From positions 452,463 to 516,462 of the forward strand of contig NMRA01000315.1 of assembly GCA_002633005.1 (NCBI GenBank): 64,000 bases of DNA, in the 5' to 3' direction. The stretch is from Phoronis australis (taxonomy: Eukaryota; Animalia; Phoronida). The position numbers were made by a program, and so were the translations under genes. The stretch's first letter is position 1, and every line of letters begins with the position of its first letter. Below, piece by piece: positions 13,505 through 25,952 of this stretch. The notes below the pieces were generated by a model. That model was not told the origin of the DNA. It was given only the letters and a program-made list of their open reading frames with translations, and searched no databases.

Positions 13505-14345
13505 CTGCAACATTGTTTTGAGTTTAAGTTCGTCACACACTAGTGTCTCGTGAGAACCGCAAACAGCGACAGTGCTAACACAAATTTCAAACTAAAAAAA
13601 TCCCATAGCAGTACAGACAACATCATTTCGTCGATCCAAGAGCGAGAACCTGAGCAAGACAAGTCGTCCTTTCGCCAACTGTCCAATGCCTAGAACCCAA
13701 GCTTTCCAAAGAAACTTGGAGATGGATTATAAATGAATCACCCTGTGTTCTATTCTCTTGGCCTTCGCAAATATTTGCATCATCAAATTATGCAAATATG
13801 CAGTTAGAAATGTCACTCAAAAACCAAATTTTACAAGAGACAATTTTCTAAATGTCCTTGTGCGCCCCCCTTAACATCAGTTCGTATTCAAACTATTTCC
13901 ATTCAAGTGCTCCTCTCAACACAGACATTCAGCATGCTCCAAAGCAAAAGCTTGCATGTTTAGATGCTAACGTAACTTTCAGTTCCATAATCTGATCATG
14001 AATGATTGTCGAAAATACAAAGACGTCAGTAAATATTATGAATGGACTATGCTTATCGACCCATTTCGTGGTGGAAAGCACTCAAAGCCTATATTACACT
14101 GCATATTGCAAATACCAAAGGCAGGGTTTTTAAATTGAGAAAACGAAGGCCGCATTGTATTCCACGAAGTTTTTACTTGTTTTTACAGACAGGTTACATG
14201 TTTTAGTCATAAAGAATAGACCCAGCCTTTACCGTCGTTTTAAAAGTTGGTGACGTTTCATGAATCTGGTTGGAACGTTAAACATTTCAACTTATGAAAT
14301 GCAGCGATGTTTGTATGAAAAAATGGTGGACGAATTACTACTTAC

Positions 14346-14657
14346 ACAAGCTAATTAAAGTCAGTGTTAATTGCACATTGAACGCACTGTGTGCACTGTT
14401 CTCCCCAATACAACGTACAGTTTTGTTCACTCTGTGAAGTTGTTTTACAATAACTTTCGTGTAGTATATCGTTCCAAAATTTACACCAGGTGTGTCGATT
14501 GAGGCTCCATTCATGGACTCCCACTTTAAGTTGACGTTTGGATACACTGGATCTGTCGCACACGTAAGAATGACGTCTTTTCCTTCTTCAACTTCTACGG
14601 TGGCGCCATCTTTGAAGCGCCTATTTCCACTCGTGGCAGTCAGTTCAGTTGGACCAA
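14346..14657 (-). CDS. Ig-like domain exon, type B (left copy)
   Basis: Acceptor ttttacag|TT, donor T|gtaagt, 312 nt. Peptide GPTELTATSGNRRFKDGATVEVEEGKDVILTCATDPVYPNVNLKW...VRCIGEN. Confidence 0.9.
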
Positions 14658-14835
14658 CTGTAAAAATGAGTTACTTAAAATTAGATAAGCAACTCAACGA
14701 AATATGTTTTCAGCTGTATACTTTATACACGAAGATACATGTATAACGTATCAACTCTTCGAAAGACAGAAACTAGACAGCAGAGTGAAATTCTTATGAA
14801 AATGAATCGCTTGACATGTCCTTTTTCTTACTTAC

Positions 14836-15147
14836 AAATGATTTCCAGTTTCAGAGATTTCGCCACTTGAATCTTTGGTGATTTTGCATTAAACGCAAGG
14901 CAGTTTATTGTACGCTTGTTAAGTTTCCTCGTCGCTGTAAACGTGAACGACCTAGAATAGGTCAAACCACTTTGCTCCGTTTTGCCTCGTACCCCAATTG
15001 ACATATAGTTGCCAGACCAATCGACAACTGCTCCTGGGTAGACATCGTCCGTGTGGCAAACCACCTTGTAAGTGTTTCCTACTGCAAGTTTCGAACTTTG
15101 AAACCTCTTTCCAGCCGCAGTTTTGAATGTTAGTGAGGTGGGGCCAT
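14836..15147 (-). CDS. Ig-like domain exon, type A (left copy)
   Basis: Acceptor ttttgtag|AT, donor T|gtaagt, 312 nt. Peptide GPTSLTFKTAAG...TYKVVCHTDDVYPGAVVDW...INCLAFN. Confidence 0.9.
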
Positions 15148-18100
15148 CTACAAAAGCAATTTGTTACAGTGTTCAACAATATCTCCTGACTACTGGTAAT
15201 GAGCTTGTCCTAATTTCAGTGAATTGACAACTGAAAACGACGGTCTTCAAAAAAACACCGCCTCCTACTATAAATGCTATTCTTCAGTTAAGTCGAGAAA
15301 ATAGATGTTCCAAGCTTAAAGAAACACTGAATAGGAAATTTACAACTTATAACGAGAATAAGTATTCAAGGCTCATACAAAGCTCAACAACTGGTACCAA
15401 CATGACACAAAATCCTCATTCGTGGTTCCGGGACATTTGTATAGGCTTAAAATGTTTTTGTAATGTAAAATAACTACTATTAAAATAGTTATGACAAGTT
15501 GCTGATATTCGAGACCAGGCTCTATAAATGACTTGTCGTGGCGTTTCAGTTTATTCGCCGATTATTGTCTCACGGAATAACGAACTGTCTTTGTAAGGCC
15601 CAAAATCACTCAGTACTCATCTGAGCAAGGCAACAATTGAGACTTAAATCCAAAGAGGCAAATAGTCTTGCTGCAACAGAACACAGTTTTTGCCGCTTTA
15701 ACCATAACATACTAATAATAATATCGGACGTTAGGTCACGATTTAAAAACAGCGACCTCAAAAAAGTATTTGCATTACGTGTTCTCCAGTTATTTCTGAA
15801 TATTCCTTTGGTGGAGAGATGATGACAGCTGTGCTGCATCAAAATATGTTTCGAAATTCGGTTTGCTGCCATCAAAACTCTAAAAACGTATAACGAAGTG
15901 AAGCCAGTTTCGATAATTTGTTTGTGACGTGTACGCAACCTAGTGAAAGAACAACAGTTAATTGAAGAATCCGCGAAAAAAGAAAGTGGCCAATAGGTGG
16001 CGCAAATTTCATGGCGTCGAAAGCTGACGCAAAAGATCGGCATGTACTACCATTTTAGCAGCAGAATAACGGCAGAACGCCAATTTTTTCCAACACCAGC
16101 AAATAATTTAGGTCACTCAAGGAAGAGTGTTACTAATTTTCAATGATACGAATTTTGTGTCATTTTTCACCAGGTCAGTTTTTTACCGACATCGGCGTAA
16201 AGCTGTACGTTTAGTATACAGCTTTCCGCCATAAGGTAGATACAGTAGGCTGACCGAGCAGAGCCGGTGAAACTAATCAACACTTCTGATAGTGGGCCTG
16301 TAGAAGGTCTTCTGACCTTTTTGTCGCAGACACAAATTTAAACTTGGCTTTTCTACGGCTGTAACCACTAGTAACCTTCCTGAGCGGACTGAAAAAATGG
16401 CGGACAGATAGTTGAAAATACTCGCTGAAGGTTCAATTTGCGCGTACTTGACCTAGGAATTATCCAAAAGTATACATGTAAATGGCCATATTGATAAAAT
16501 ACCGTAACACCCGTTTACAAGCCGTAATGGCTGGATTTTAGAGGGGAACAGATAGGTCTCAATGACTTAAAAGGGCATATAGTAGCGACGTCAGTAGGGA
16601 AAGGGTCCCCCCAAGTAAGCCTAAGTTTATTCTGGAGATCGATGTTTTGTTTATTTTTAGATACATGTAATTCGCGTAGGCTATGACAAAAAAACGACAA
16701 TGGAAAAAATAAATCGTGAATTTCCGAACCTGCGCCGTGGAGCACTACACACAAACTGAAAAAATCTACACACAATGATAAACGCACCAAACACATTCAT
16801 CGTCGAAACTTTGCATAGCTGTTATGGGGATAAAATGAAAGTGGATAATTTCTTTGATCACATTCTCTCACGAAAAGTTTTAATCTGACCTCCGAGACTG
16901 CGCTGCGTGGAGTTTTTACATTTTTCCAACAGTGCCTTTATTCAGGGGGTTAGATTACTAGTACACAATGTCGAGAATACAAAATGAAACATTAAAATTT
17001 CGTCCAGTTTCATTAAGTAAATGTTTGTGGTTTGTAATTGCAGGCAATTTTTGTTACCTGCACTGGTAGTCAAAGTTTGCGTTAAAATAATTGTGTACAT
17101 TGTATACTGGTTTTGGATCAATGTAGAACGAAAACTATGCACTTACACCAACGACCTTCAGTAGTTCCCAACAAGCATATAACTGTGAGAGCTGTAAAAT
17201 ACATGGTTACGATGACATACAATTCCTGGAAATTTTGATATGTACTACTGGAAGTAAAGCAATATAAACAAATTATTGTTAATAAGTGAAGATTGGTAGA
17301 TGTATCTGTACTGCAAAGTTAGAATTTAAGATGTATGAATCAGCTCAATTCGGATACAAATAAGCTTAAGGTCATGTAAGAAAAGATCAAACTTACTGCA
17401 AGCTCCACTGGAAGTACGTAAGTTATCGGAAATAGCGCCACCCATTGGCTACATTAAATTGGCAGATTCGTAAAGCCCAGTGGGTCAATAATTATCACTT
17501 TTTACTGAATTTCGATAAGTTGATGTTTCCACTAAAACATTAAAAGAGGTAACCAGACAAGAAAACGGATAATTGTTATTTCTTAAAAAGCTCATGAAAA
17601 TAGTATTCACACATTTATTTTTTTAAATTATCATATGAATTTAAAACAATTTGTGAGCATATCTTACATAGAGCTTAAAAATACATTTGGCTACACTTCT
17701 CCCTAAAATTTGAGCTATCAAATATTAAGATCTACAACAAGATATACATGAAATTGTCTATCTAATTATTAACTTAATAAAGATGCTGCTTTTAAGCACA
17801 TCAGCTGCATCAATTGTCAGGTAAACAGGAATTACCGTGGTTTGTTCAAAATCAAATTAGCAATGCAAATTGTGTTATATATTTGTTTCACAAATATTTT
17901 GTTCAGTAAAACATAAAGTCTCTGTGTTGCACTCAACAGGGCAACGGAAGATTGTGGCAAGGAAATAGGCTAGTACGCGGTACTTTGGATGAGGTGAAAA
18001 TAAGTTAGGTGTATCGATTGAGCATTGGTTCAAAGCTACACAGCATTTGGACTCATCTGCGTAAACTAGAAATCATAATCTGACACAATATAAACGCCTC

Positions 18101-18559
18101 GCTTCACTCACCGTGAATGAATTAACGTGGTTAGCAGCGTGAAATTAATCTTGCTAGTTCGTTACTCTGCATTTAAATCAATGAAGCGATCACCATTTCT
18201 TCAACCCACTTTTCTTTCTTACAAGGCTGTACATAGATGACAACGAATTGTCAAAAGTGGTTAAAATCCGTTAGTAGTTTTGAGTATTTCAATAGCAGCA
18301 ACCGAAATTCAGACCAGAGTTTGTTTCTTCAAAGTTGTCACTATCTCCCAAAAGATGTGACCAAATATATGGCGCGTAACGCGTATCACTAGCGTACCAT
18401 TTTGAAGCCGACGTCTGATTTCACTAGAGACCTGTGCCCACTGAGCTGCATGAAAAAGTCCTTAAAATTAAGGCATTGGGGATTTTCTTAAGTCTTAGGG
18501 ACGTCCCTAAATATTAGGGACTTTAGCATGAAAAGTTCCCAGTTAATTTAGGCAGAGAC

Positions 18560-19105
18560 TGTAGACAACTCATTCGCAACTCCGACTTTTTCTTGCGTGA
18601 TATCCTAGAGGAAGCGCCAAAGTCTTAACATAGCAAACTCAGCTTCCGGTTAGTGTAATGTGACGGGAAATTCTTGCATCTATTTTACTGTCCATCACAA
18701 TGAAAAGGTAATTTCGGCATTAGTTGGTGGCATTTTCATAATCTACGACTCCAGAATGTTTGGGCGCAACTAGCGTGCATTCAGGATTCAGGCTTAAAAT
18801 AAAATGTCCCATCATGGGGTATGTAAACTGCTGATGAAGTGAGAAGCCGTGGTGGCTATTTCTGGAGTATTAATAAGATCTTTATTCAAGACATTAACAT
18901 TTTATGAGCGTTAAGTTTATTTAAACATTTATACGAGTTCGGCAAAATAGCCGATTCAAATCCCTACGAAATGACCATGATTAGCAGACGACTTACTTGC
19001 CGGAAGTAAAACCTACTGTCTGCCAGGTGTCGCTAGTGAATAGTGACGTCTTTGTTTATGCCTAAGATCATAGATTTCATCCATTGAAAATATACGGAGT
19101 TGGTG
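18560..19105. mobile_element. MITE-like repeat, copy 2 of the 3601-4169 family
   Basis: Colinear similarity to 3601-4165 (tagacaactcattcgcaactccg ... tatacggagttgg). Confidence 0.6.
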
Positions 19106-20384
19106 GTTCATGTGGTTATGGCATTAAATAGGGATTCTTCTTTTAGGGTTACCTATATTAAGAACCTAAATTGAGTCCCTAGGGTCAAGTTCATGTCACT
19201 GTTGAAAAACGAATTTTTAGAGACGAAATCAATCCGCTCAAAACGTATAGACTTCGACGGCAGATTTAGATTTCCTAGAGCTGGAATATTTATGATCGTT
19301 GGAGACCATGAAGAGAAGCTGGAGCTGCCTAACAGGAAATGTGAAATCTCGCCCACCGTACAGGTTAGTAGTTCCATCGTAAATTGGATGAATCGATTAC
19401 CTATAGTGCCACGATTTACCTCAAGAGATGGGACAAATGTTCTGTAGCATGGCGAGCTTTTAAAATCTGCAACTGTCTTACTCGAGGAAAACCATCATTT
19501 TTGTATTCGTTCCTGTTTACGGTCTTCTGATACTGACAGTGTATTAATGCCTGGGTGTGTAGGACAGGGCAGGTAGAGTTTACGACCATTGAGTTTTGTC
19601 ATTTTATTTATTTTGTAGCGGGGTGTTGTCAATGTAAATGTACTAGTATCATAATTGTGTGCCAGTAAATGTCGGATTCGTCTGAATTGAGGGATTAACT
19701 TAGAGTTGGTTGAAATCTGACTTTTACTGAAGTGGAGTTCATGTATGGCACCACTACGGTACAGTAACTTTGTACCTGCTAGACATTTCCCTTTTACAGT
19801 CACGGTGTGATTTTACTGCGTGATGGTGATATTTTGAAATAAGTATATTTTGAAATAAATCAAAACTTTGTTGTTTGAAATGGTTACAGTATCTCAATGT
19901 GTTGTTTCTGCGTGAAAATTTTTCTTGTCCTTCGCGTTCTGGATGGCCAGTAATATGGAAGTGTTCATGATATTGACAGAAAAAATTTGCGATTCCCCAC
20001 ATCATGGTACATTGTGTGGCGTAAAAATTAATATTGAAAAAATTTATAATGCGAACGCCTTTTTTAAACTCTAGTTCCGCGGCACGTCAAGTTGTTTTAC
20101 AGCAGGGTCTATAACACAACATTTTGAAATGTGAGACCATGTCGTTTCATACTGTACAATTAAACTGCCAGTTCGCCACGCTAAAATGAATTAGGTACTA
20201 GGACAAGTAATACCAGGAAGTGGTTATCTCTTCCTGGTAATACTAGATTGTTACAGAACACTAATTAAAGTAATTTTCCTTGAGACACCTCAGCACCCTT
20301 TAAATGAGTTTTATTTTTTGAAAAAACGTCTGCACTGTAAATGTAATTATTATTCCTTGATTTAACGTGAAGTAGACAATTCCA

Positions 20385-20599
20385 CAGGACAACAGATGGA
20401 CAAAAAGATGCATAGAGTGGCAACTCAGATATGCAAAGAGGTCAAGAGGACGGCCCCAAGCCAGATGGAGAGATGATATCGTGAAGACGAGACGCACAAC
20501 GTGGATGAGAGCGGCAAGAGGCAGAACAAATTTCTAAGGCATTGTCGGAGGGCTACATCCTGCAGTGGATGGACAATGCCTAGAGTCAGAGTCAGAGTC
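20385..20599 (+). mobile_element. 5'-truncated RTE-clade LINE 3' end
   Basis: Peptide QDNRWTKRCIEWQLRYAKRSRGRPQARWRDDI is typical of the RTE C-terminus. (AGAGTC)n tail. Flanked by agacaattcca / agacaatttca (11-bp TSD, 1 mismatch). Confidence 0.85.
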
Positions 20600-21580
20600 A
20601 GACAATTTCAATCTCTTTTCGGGAAATTGGGTCTGTACAAATGCATACATTGACCTCAGGCTTTGGCTGCCCAAACAGTAGTGTTCACATGGCACACGCG
20701 GGTGCCTTACCAACCAGTAAAGGCAGTTTTGGGTGTCATGAATTCTTCTTTTTTCATTGAAATATTTAAGTTACTATAAGTCTATCGTTTTGCAAAATTT
20801 TGCTGCCACCTTTTATTCAAACTGACTTAAATGTATGCCTTCAATTCCGATTACGGACATTTACACAAACATGTACAGTTCCATTGGTCAATTGTTGCAT
20901 ATAATGACACGACTTTACATGCACGCATATTGCTCATCGATTTCCATGGGTTTCTATTAATGTTTTTCTACTTTGTGTTCAAGTGTTTCACACGAACGCA
21001 TGCCTCAAATCTTTTTGCTAGAATAAATCAAGTGGCGTAGGGTCAAGGAATTTTTAGACCCGTATTAAAAACTTTGGGAATGCAGTGATGTAATGGCCCG
21101 CCGGAGAGCAGCCCCTTGACAGCTGATGGTCTTGTCGGTTTATAAACAAGCGGAACTGAAAAATAGGTACTATACAATTATATCGACGAAAAAGGATAAT
21201 CACTGTATAATACCATTTTCTAAACTTTATTCATTACAGTGATTGTCTTTTCGACTGAACCGGCAGAATATCCCAGGCCCGATCAGCACTCCGTGAGAAT
21301 TTCAGCCAAAGCATTAGGAATTTTGTCTTTGCAATGGCATATATGACCGTTTAAGAAATGCGAGGCTCACAGGTTTTCATTTCTATATGTTAACAATATT
21401 TTAGAACCTCGTTATTATTTAAAATTTCAAATTTTATTCTAAAACTTCCCCGGGTACCTTAAGGCCACCGTGCTTTTGTTTACATAGCGTTCATCATCAA
21501 TATGGTGGACCGCGTGCCACGCGCGGTCTGGCTTGCGAGTATGGTCGATTCGTCTCTATATATGTATAGCTCATTGTTTT

Positions 21581-23564
21581 CACAGGCGCTTGGGTTAATC
21601 GCAAATGACGTCACTCAATAATATATAAGAAAACAAAGGTTGGACACTTAAAGTTTGCCAAGCCGAGGTTCTCAACTTCAACCGTCCAAAATCCAAATAA
21701 AATCTGCGTGCACCTCATTCAGTCTGGTGTTGCATAAACCTTCGAAGCCTTATCTTTCCTAGATCCCATTAACTGTATTCGTGAGAGGTGAATTGGCGAT
21801 GGAATTTCTAAAACAATCTCGAAACTCTGAATTCAAGGACCTAAAATAGTAAACATGGCGGATTCCAGTTGTACTTCAACTTGTACGCCTGTCGTAGGTG
21901 AAACTTCGAGTTTGAGCAGGCAACCTATATTTCAAATTCAATAACTAATCCAAAACTCAACTAATTGAGAATGTTAAAGTTAGTATTTTAATGATTATTT
22001 GTAACTTTATTCCACTGACGGCTCATTTTAGCCCTTAACTTAGAATTTCATTACATAAACTGGCGTATCTTGTTTCTCATCTTGACATCACGCACTTTTT
22101 TGATTGAAGCACAACACACACTCGGCCAGGAAACGCAGTCCGTGCAAGTATTACAATGCGCGTGGCGCAGAATGGTGAATGTTGGCCAATTCCCCTTTTG
22201 TCCACTGACGTCACAAGCATACTGGCGCCCCCAGTGGAGGCCCTGAGAACTCGTAAATAAACCGAGTTCATGAACCCGGTAGTATCCAGCTTAGCAACGG
22301 CCGAGCCAAGCTGGCGAACAGACTTGTATTTATTGTGGGACGTTGAGTATCGCTTTTTTCTAAAAACATAATGCATGGTATATAATAATGAATGGTGTAT
22401 AGTACCAATTAATTATGATTGAAAGATTCCTTTTTAGTCGAGCGTAAACGAGGCTATTTCGCGTGGGGATAAAACTTTGGCTTTGCCGGCGTGTGTAACA
22501 CAGAACAGTTGGATCGTGTTGCAGGATCGCTAGAATGAATATTCCAATTTTCTTAATTTATTGGAACAATATTGATTTTCTGAGAGGTATGACATGCAAC
22601 ATTATTTAAAAAACACACTAAAACATAGCGACTCTGGAAAAATCATAAAAAATACTTTAACCACAGTCGCCAACATGCTTGTTTACGAGTTCTCACTAGG
22701 GCCTCCACTGGGGGCGCCAGTATGCTTGTGACGTCAGTGGACAAAAGGGGAATTGGCCAACATTCACCATTCTGCGCGCGTGGCCGACGAGTTAACTCAA
22801 TGGTTTTGGCCAAAAGTAAAACCGTCATAAGAAATCACAGTACACAAAAAACTTCGCATATCAATACAGTATCAGGATAATTTATATTTGACACAAATAT
22901 GTGAGTAATTACATTTATTTGGCAATAAAGTGCTCTCTGCTTCTCATGATCAAGTAGTCGATGGATTGACGGCGAAAGCTGCGCGAAATTAGACTTTCGG
23001 ATTTAGCTCGGGAGCGTCTGTCAAAACCCGGATGTGCGAAGACCGTCTGCCATGACATCTCGGAATTAGGTCCTTGAATTTGTGATTTTGGCATTCTTTT
23101 GTCATTTTGTCGCCAAATTACCACTTGAAGGCAATTTGAAGAGATCGAATGAAAGAAAGTATTCTAAGAGTTGTTCGATGCTAGTTTCGTGGAGTTCCAT
23201 ACACATTTGAATAGGAAATTCTAAGCAAACAGATTTCGACTGTCCAACATTTATGTTTTCTTATTTTTATCTAAACATCATTCAACAAAGAATGGACTCA
23301 CCGGAGACAGCCCAAGAGTTGTTATCTCTGCGGCGAAAGATGTTAAAGTTGAGTCCCGATGAGTTGCCAGCAGTCACTGGTACGGTGCGCAGCTTTAGAC
23401 GCTCTGCGGCTGGGTTAAAGATCTTTTATAGGCCTAACTATCCCCAATTCCCGTACCAGTATGAATTTCAAAAAATAACTTGACTTGGCTGCGTCAGATG
23501 TGATATGCGACGTTGATGTTGAAATTATGAGTGACGTCATTTGCGATAAAACCAAGCGCCTGTG
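21581..23564. mobile_element. P-like/hAT-like non-autonomous element, copy 2, with nested insertions
   Basis: CACAGGCGCTTGG ... CCAAGCGCCTGTG ends. Exact 8-bp TSD attgtttt at 21573-21580 and 23565-23572. Colinear with 8460-9604 apart from the insertions. Confidence 0.85.
22167..22775. mobile_element. Mutator-like MITE nested in the P-like element
   Basis: ~95 bp TIRs GCAGAATGGTGAATGTTGGCC... Exact 9-bp TSD gcgcgtggc at 22158-22166 and 22776-22784. The empty site is visible in copy 1 near 9052-9060. Confidence 0.85.
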
Positions 23565-25163
23565 ATTGTTTTGGCCAACATTCACCATTCTGGCTGCCAT
23601 ACCGTCATTTTCATTTTAACCTAGCGGTGAACTTGTAAATTAAAGCACTTGTTCATTGGCGAGCTTTTGGATTGCTTCTAAATGTAACATGACGTTATTT
23701 GGTCAAAATATGAGAGTACAAGACCAATTAAACTCCCGGGTTTTTATTCTGAAAAGGGGGGCGTGTAAACGGAAAGTCATACTTTTGTTGACTTTGACGT
23801 TTTTTACTTAAAACTTTGTTTTATTAAAAAGTTAATAAATGCATAATTTGCCAACACATTGCTCGTTTTTATAAATGATAAATGTTTATAAAACTGATTT
23901 TATGACAAAAGTCAACTGAAAGTGGGCTTTTCATAGGAAATTTTCTGAATAAACTCCCCATTATCTGGATGCGTTTGTTTGGCATAGTTTTCCGAAAAAA
24001 CGCCCATGGGGGTTTCACCGGTTTTGCTTATCTACTGAAAGTCCCGATAGTAACACTAACGGCTCACAATTCTGAACTGGCGTTAAGTGTGACCAATAAT
24101 TGAAAAAATCTTATAGATGACAACTGAACCAAATGTCTAGCACAAATCACAAATATATCCGTTAAATACCAACCAAAATTGTATTTCGACAACTTTGATG
24201 AAAATTAAAGTGAAAAAGGTGTTTTCAAAGAACTCAAACACGCAACCTAAACGATACAACGACCTCATTTGGCAAACTACATGTAGTCATGAATGAGTCT
24301 TTGCTACGATAAACATATTACTATGCCAAGCACGAAAACTATAACCTCCGGACGGTCCCTAACCGTGTTGTATTCAGTCAAATATAATCATAAATAATTA
24401 TAACAACTTCTGTGTATGATAAATATCTGATGATAATTGTGGGTTATTATGTCTCGGTATAATTACCCACAACTTTTGTCACATACGTTATATTCTTATG
24501 CGATATTGTTTAAGCTATGATTGCTCAAAGAGTCGGTTACCCTCCACACATTTTGTGCAAAATGCCAAACGCTAAAATGTTGATGAAACCGAAACTAAGA
24601 CAGACACGTTTACTTATGTGGACGTAAGAGAATGTTTATCAATTTCACACATTGCCATGACATGTGCCTATCGTTAGGTTTATTTCACTTTATTTCAGTA
24701 ATTATTTCTTCGGACCATATACAAAGCGAATACAAGCGCGTAATTAAGTGGTTGGCCTGATACAGACTATTAAATCAACCTATGCACAACAAAAACTTGT
24801 TGAATGAAAAGAGCTAAGTTCCAAATGTTGCAAGATTTCATCAAACAAATGAAGGGATCACCATCAAAATTAGTATTACGACAAATACCAAACTTTGAGC
24901 TTAGAACTTATATCAACTTGTAAAGCTACAGTAGTGACCACCAGTATTAAAGAGCAATACCTCGTTTTAGAGATCTAGGTGCGAGAGGAGGTTGTAAAAC
25001 CTGTTGCAAGGTCAAAACTTGGCTTAGTTTTAAGCGCGCTTAAAATATTAACTGATTGGTTGTAGATGAACACATTCTCTCAATTTTACCCCATAATGCG
25101 AAAAAAGTTGCATTGCTACTTTGATTTTTTGACGCAAACAAACTTAAAAAATATTGAGCTTAC

Positions 25164-25190
25164 CTGATTTGATCCACGACAACATGTTTT
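25164..25190 (-). CDS. Candidate 27-nt micro-exon (possible start exon MLSWIKS, or internal phase 1-1 exon)
   Basis: Strong acceptor ttctattttttcag| and donor CAG|gtaagc. Open frame; ends in phase 1 like all the Ig exons. Confidence 0.35.
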
Positions 25191-25279
25191 CTGAAAAAAT
25201 AGAAACTGTGCACGTGCTTTTTATTCCTCGTGCATGTGCATTTATGTTTCTTTATTTATTTCAGAAGCACATTATACAC

Positions 25280-25952
25280 CACAGGCGCTTGGGTTTATCG
25301 CAAATGACGTCACTCAATAATATATAAGAAAACATAAAGGTTGGACACTTAAACTTTGCCAAGCCGAGGCTCCCAACTTCAACCGTCCAAAATCCAAATA
25401 AAATCTGCGTGCACCTCCTTCACTCTGGTGTTGTATAAACCTTCGAAGCCTTATCTTTCCTAGATCCCATTAAATGTCTTTGTGAATGGTGAATTGGCGA
25501 TGGAATTTCCAAAACAATCTCAGAACTCTGAATTCAAGGACCTGAAATAGTAAACATGGCGGACTTCAGTTGTGCTTCAACTTGTACGCCTGTCGTAGGT
25601 GAAACTTCGAGTTTGAGCAAGCAACCTATAATTCAAGTTCAATAATTCTAAGCCAAAACTCAACTAATTGAGAATGTTAAAGATAGTATTTTAATGATTA
25701 TTTGTAACTTTATTCTACTGACGGCTCATTTTAGCCCTTAACTTGGATTTTTATTACAGAAACTAGCGTATCTTGTTTCTCATCTTGACATCACGCACTT
25801 TTTTGATTGAAGCACAACACACACTCGGCCAGGAAACGCAGTCCGTGTTTTGGCCAAAAGTAAAACCTTCATAAGAAATCACACACCACACAAAAAACTT
25901 CGCATATCAATACAGTATCAGGATAATTTATATTTGACACAAATATGTGAGN
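25280..25952. mobile_element. P-like/hAT-like element, copy 3 (internally deleted, truncated at an N)
   Basis: Starts CACAGGCGCTTGGGTTTATC, colinear with copies 1 and 2, deletion near 25847, breaks at the N at 25952. Confidence 0.8.

Noticed and set aside
17397-17531. Possible leader exon ending at a gtaagt donor
   Set aside because: All three frames from the acceptor contain stops. The hydrophobic frame has no ATG and ends in phase 0, and the ATG frame is not signal-like.
18112-18172. ATG 61 nt upstream of a gtgagt donor (signal-exon size, phase 1)
   Set aside because: In-frame TAA at codon 14 and no hydrophobic core.
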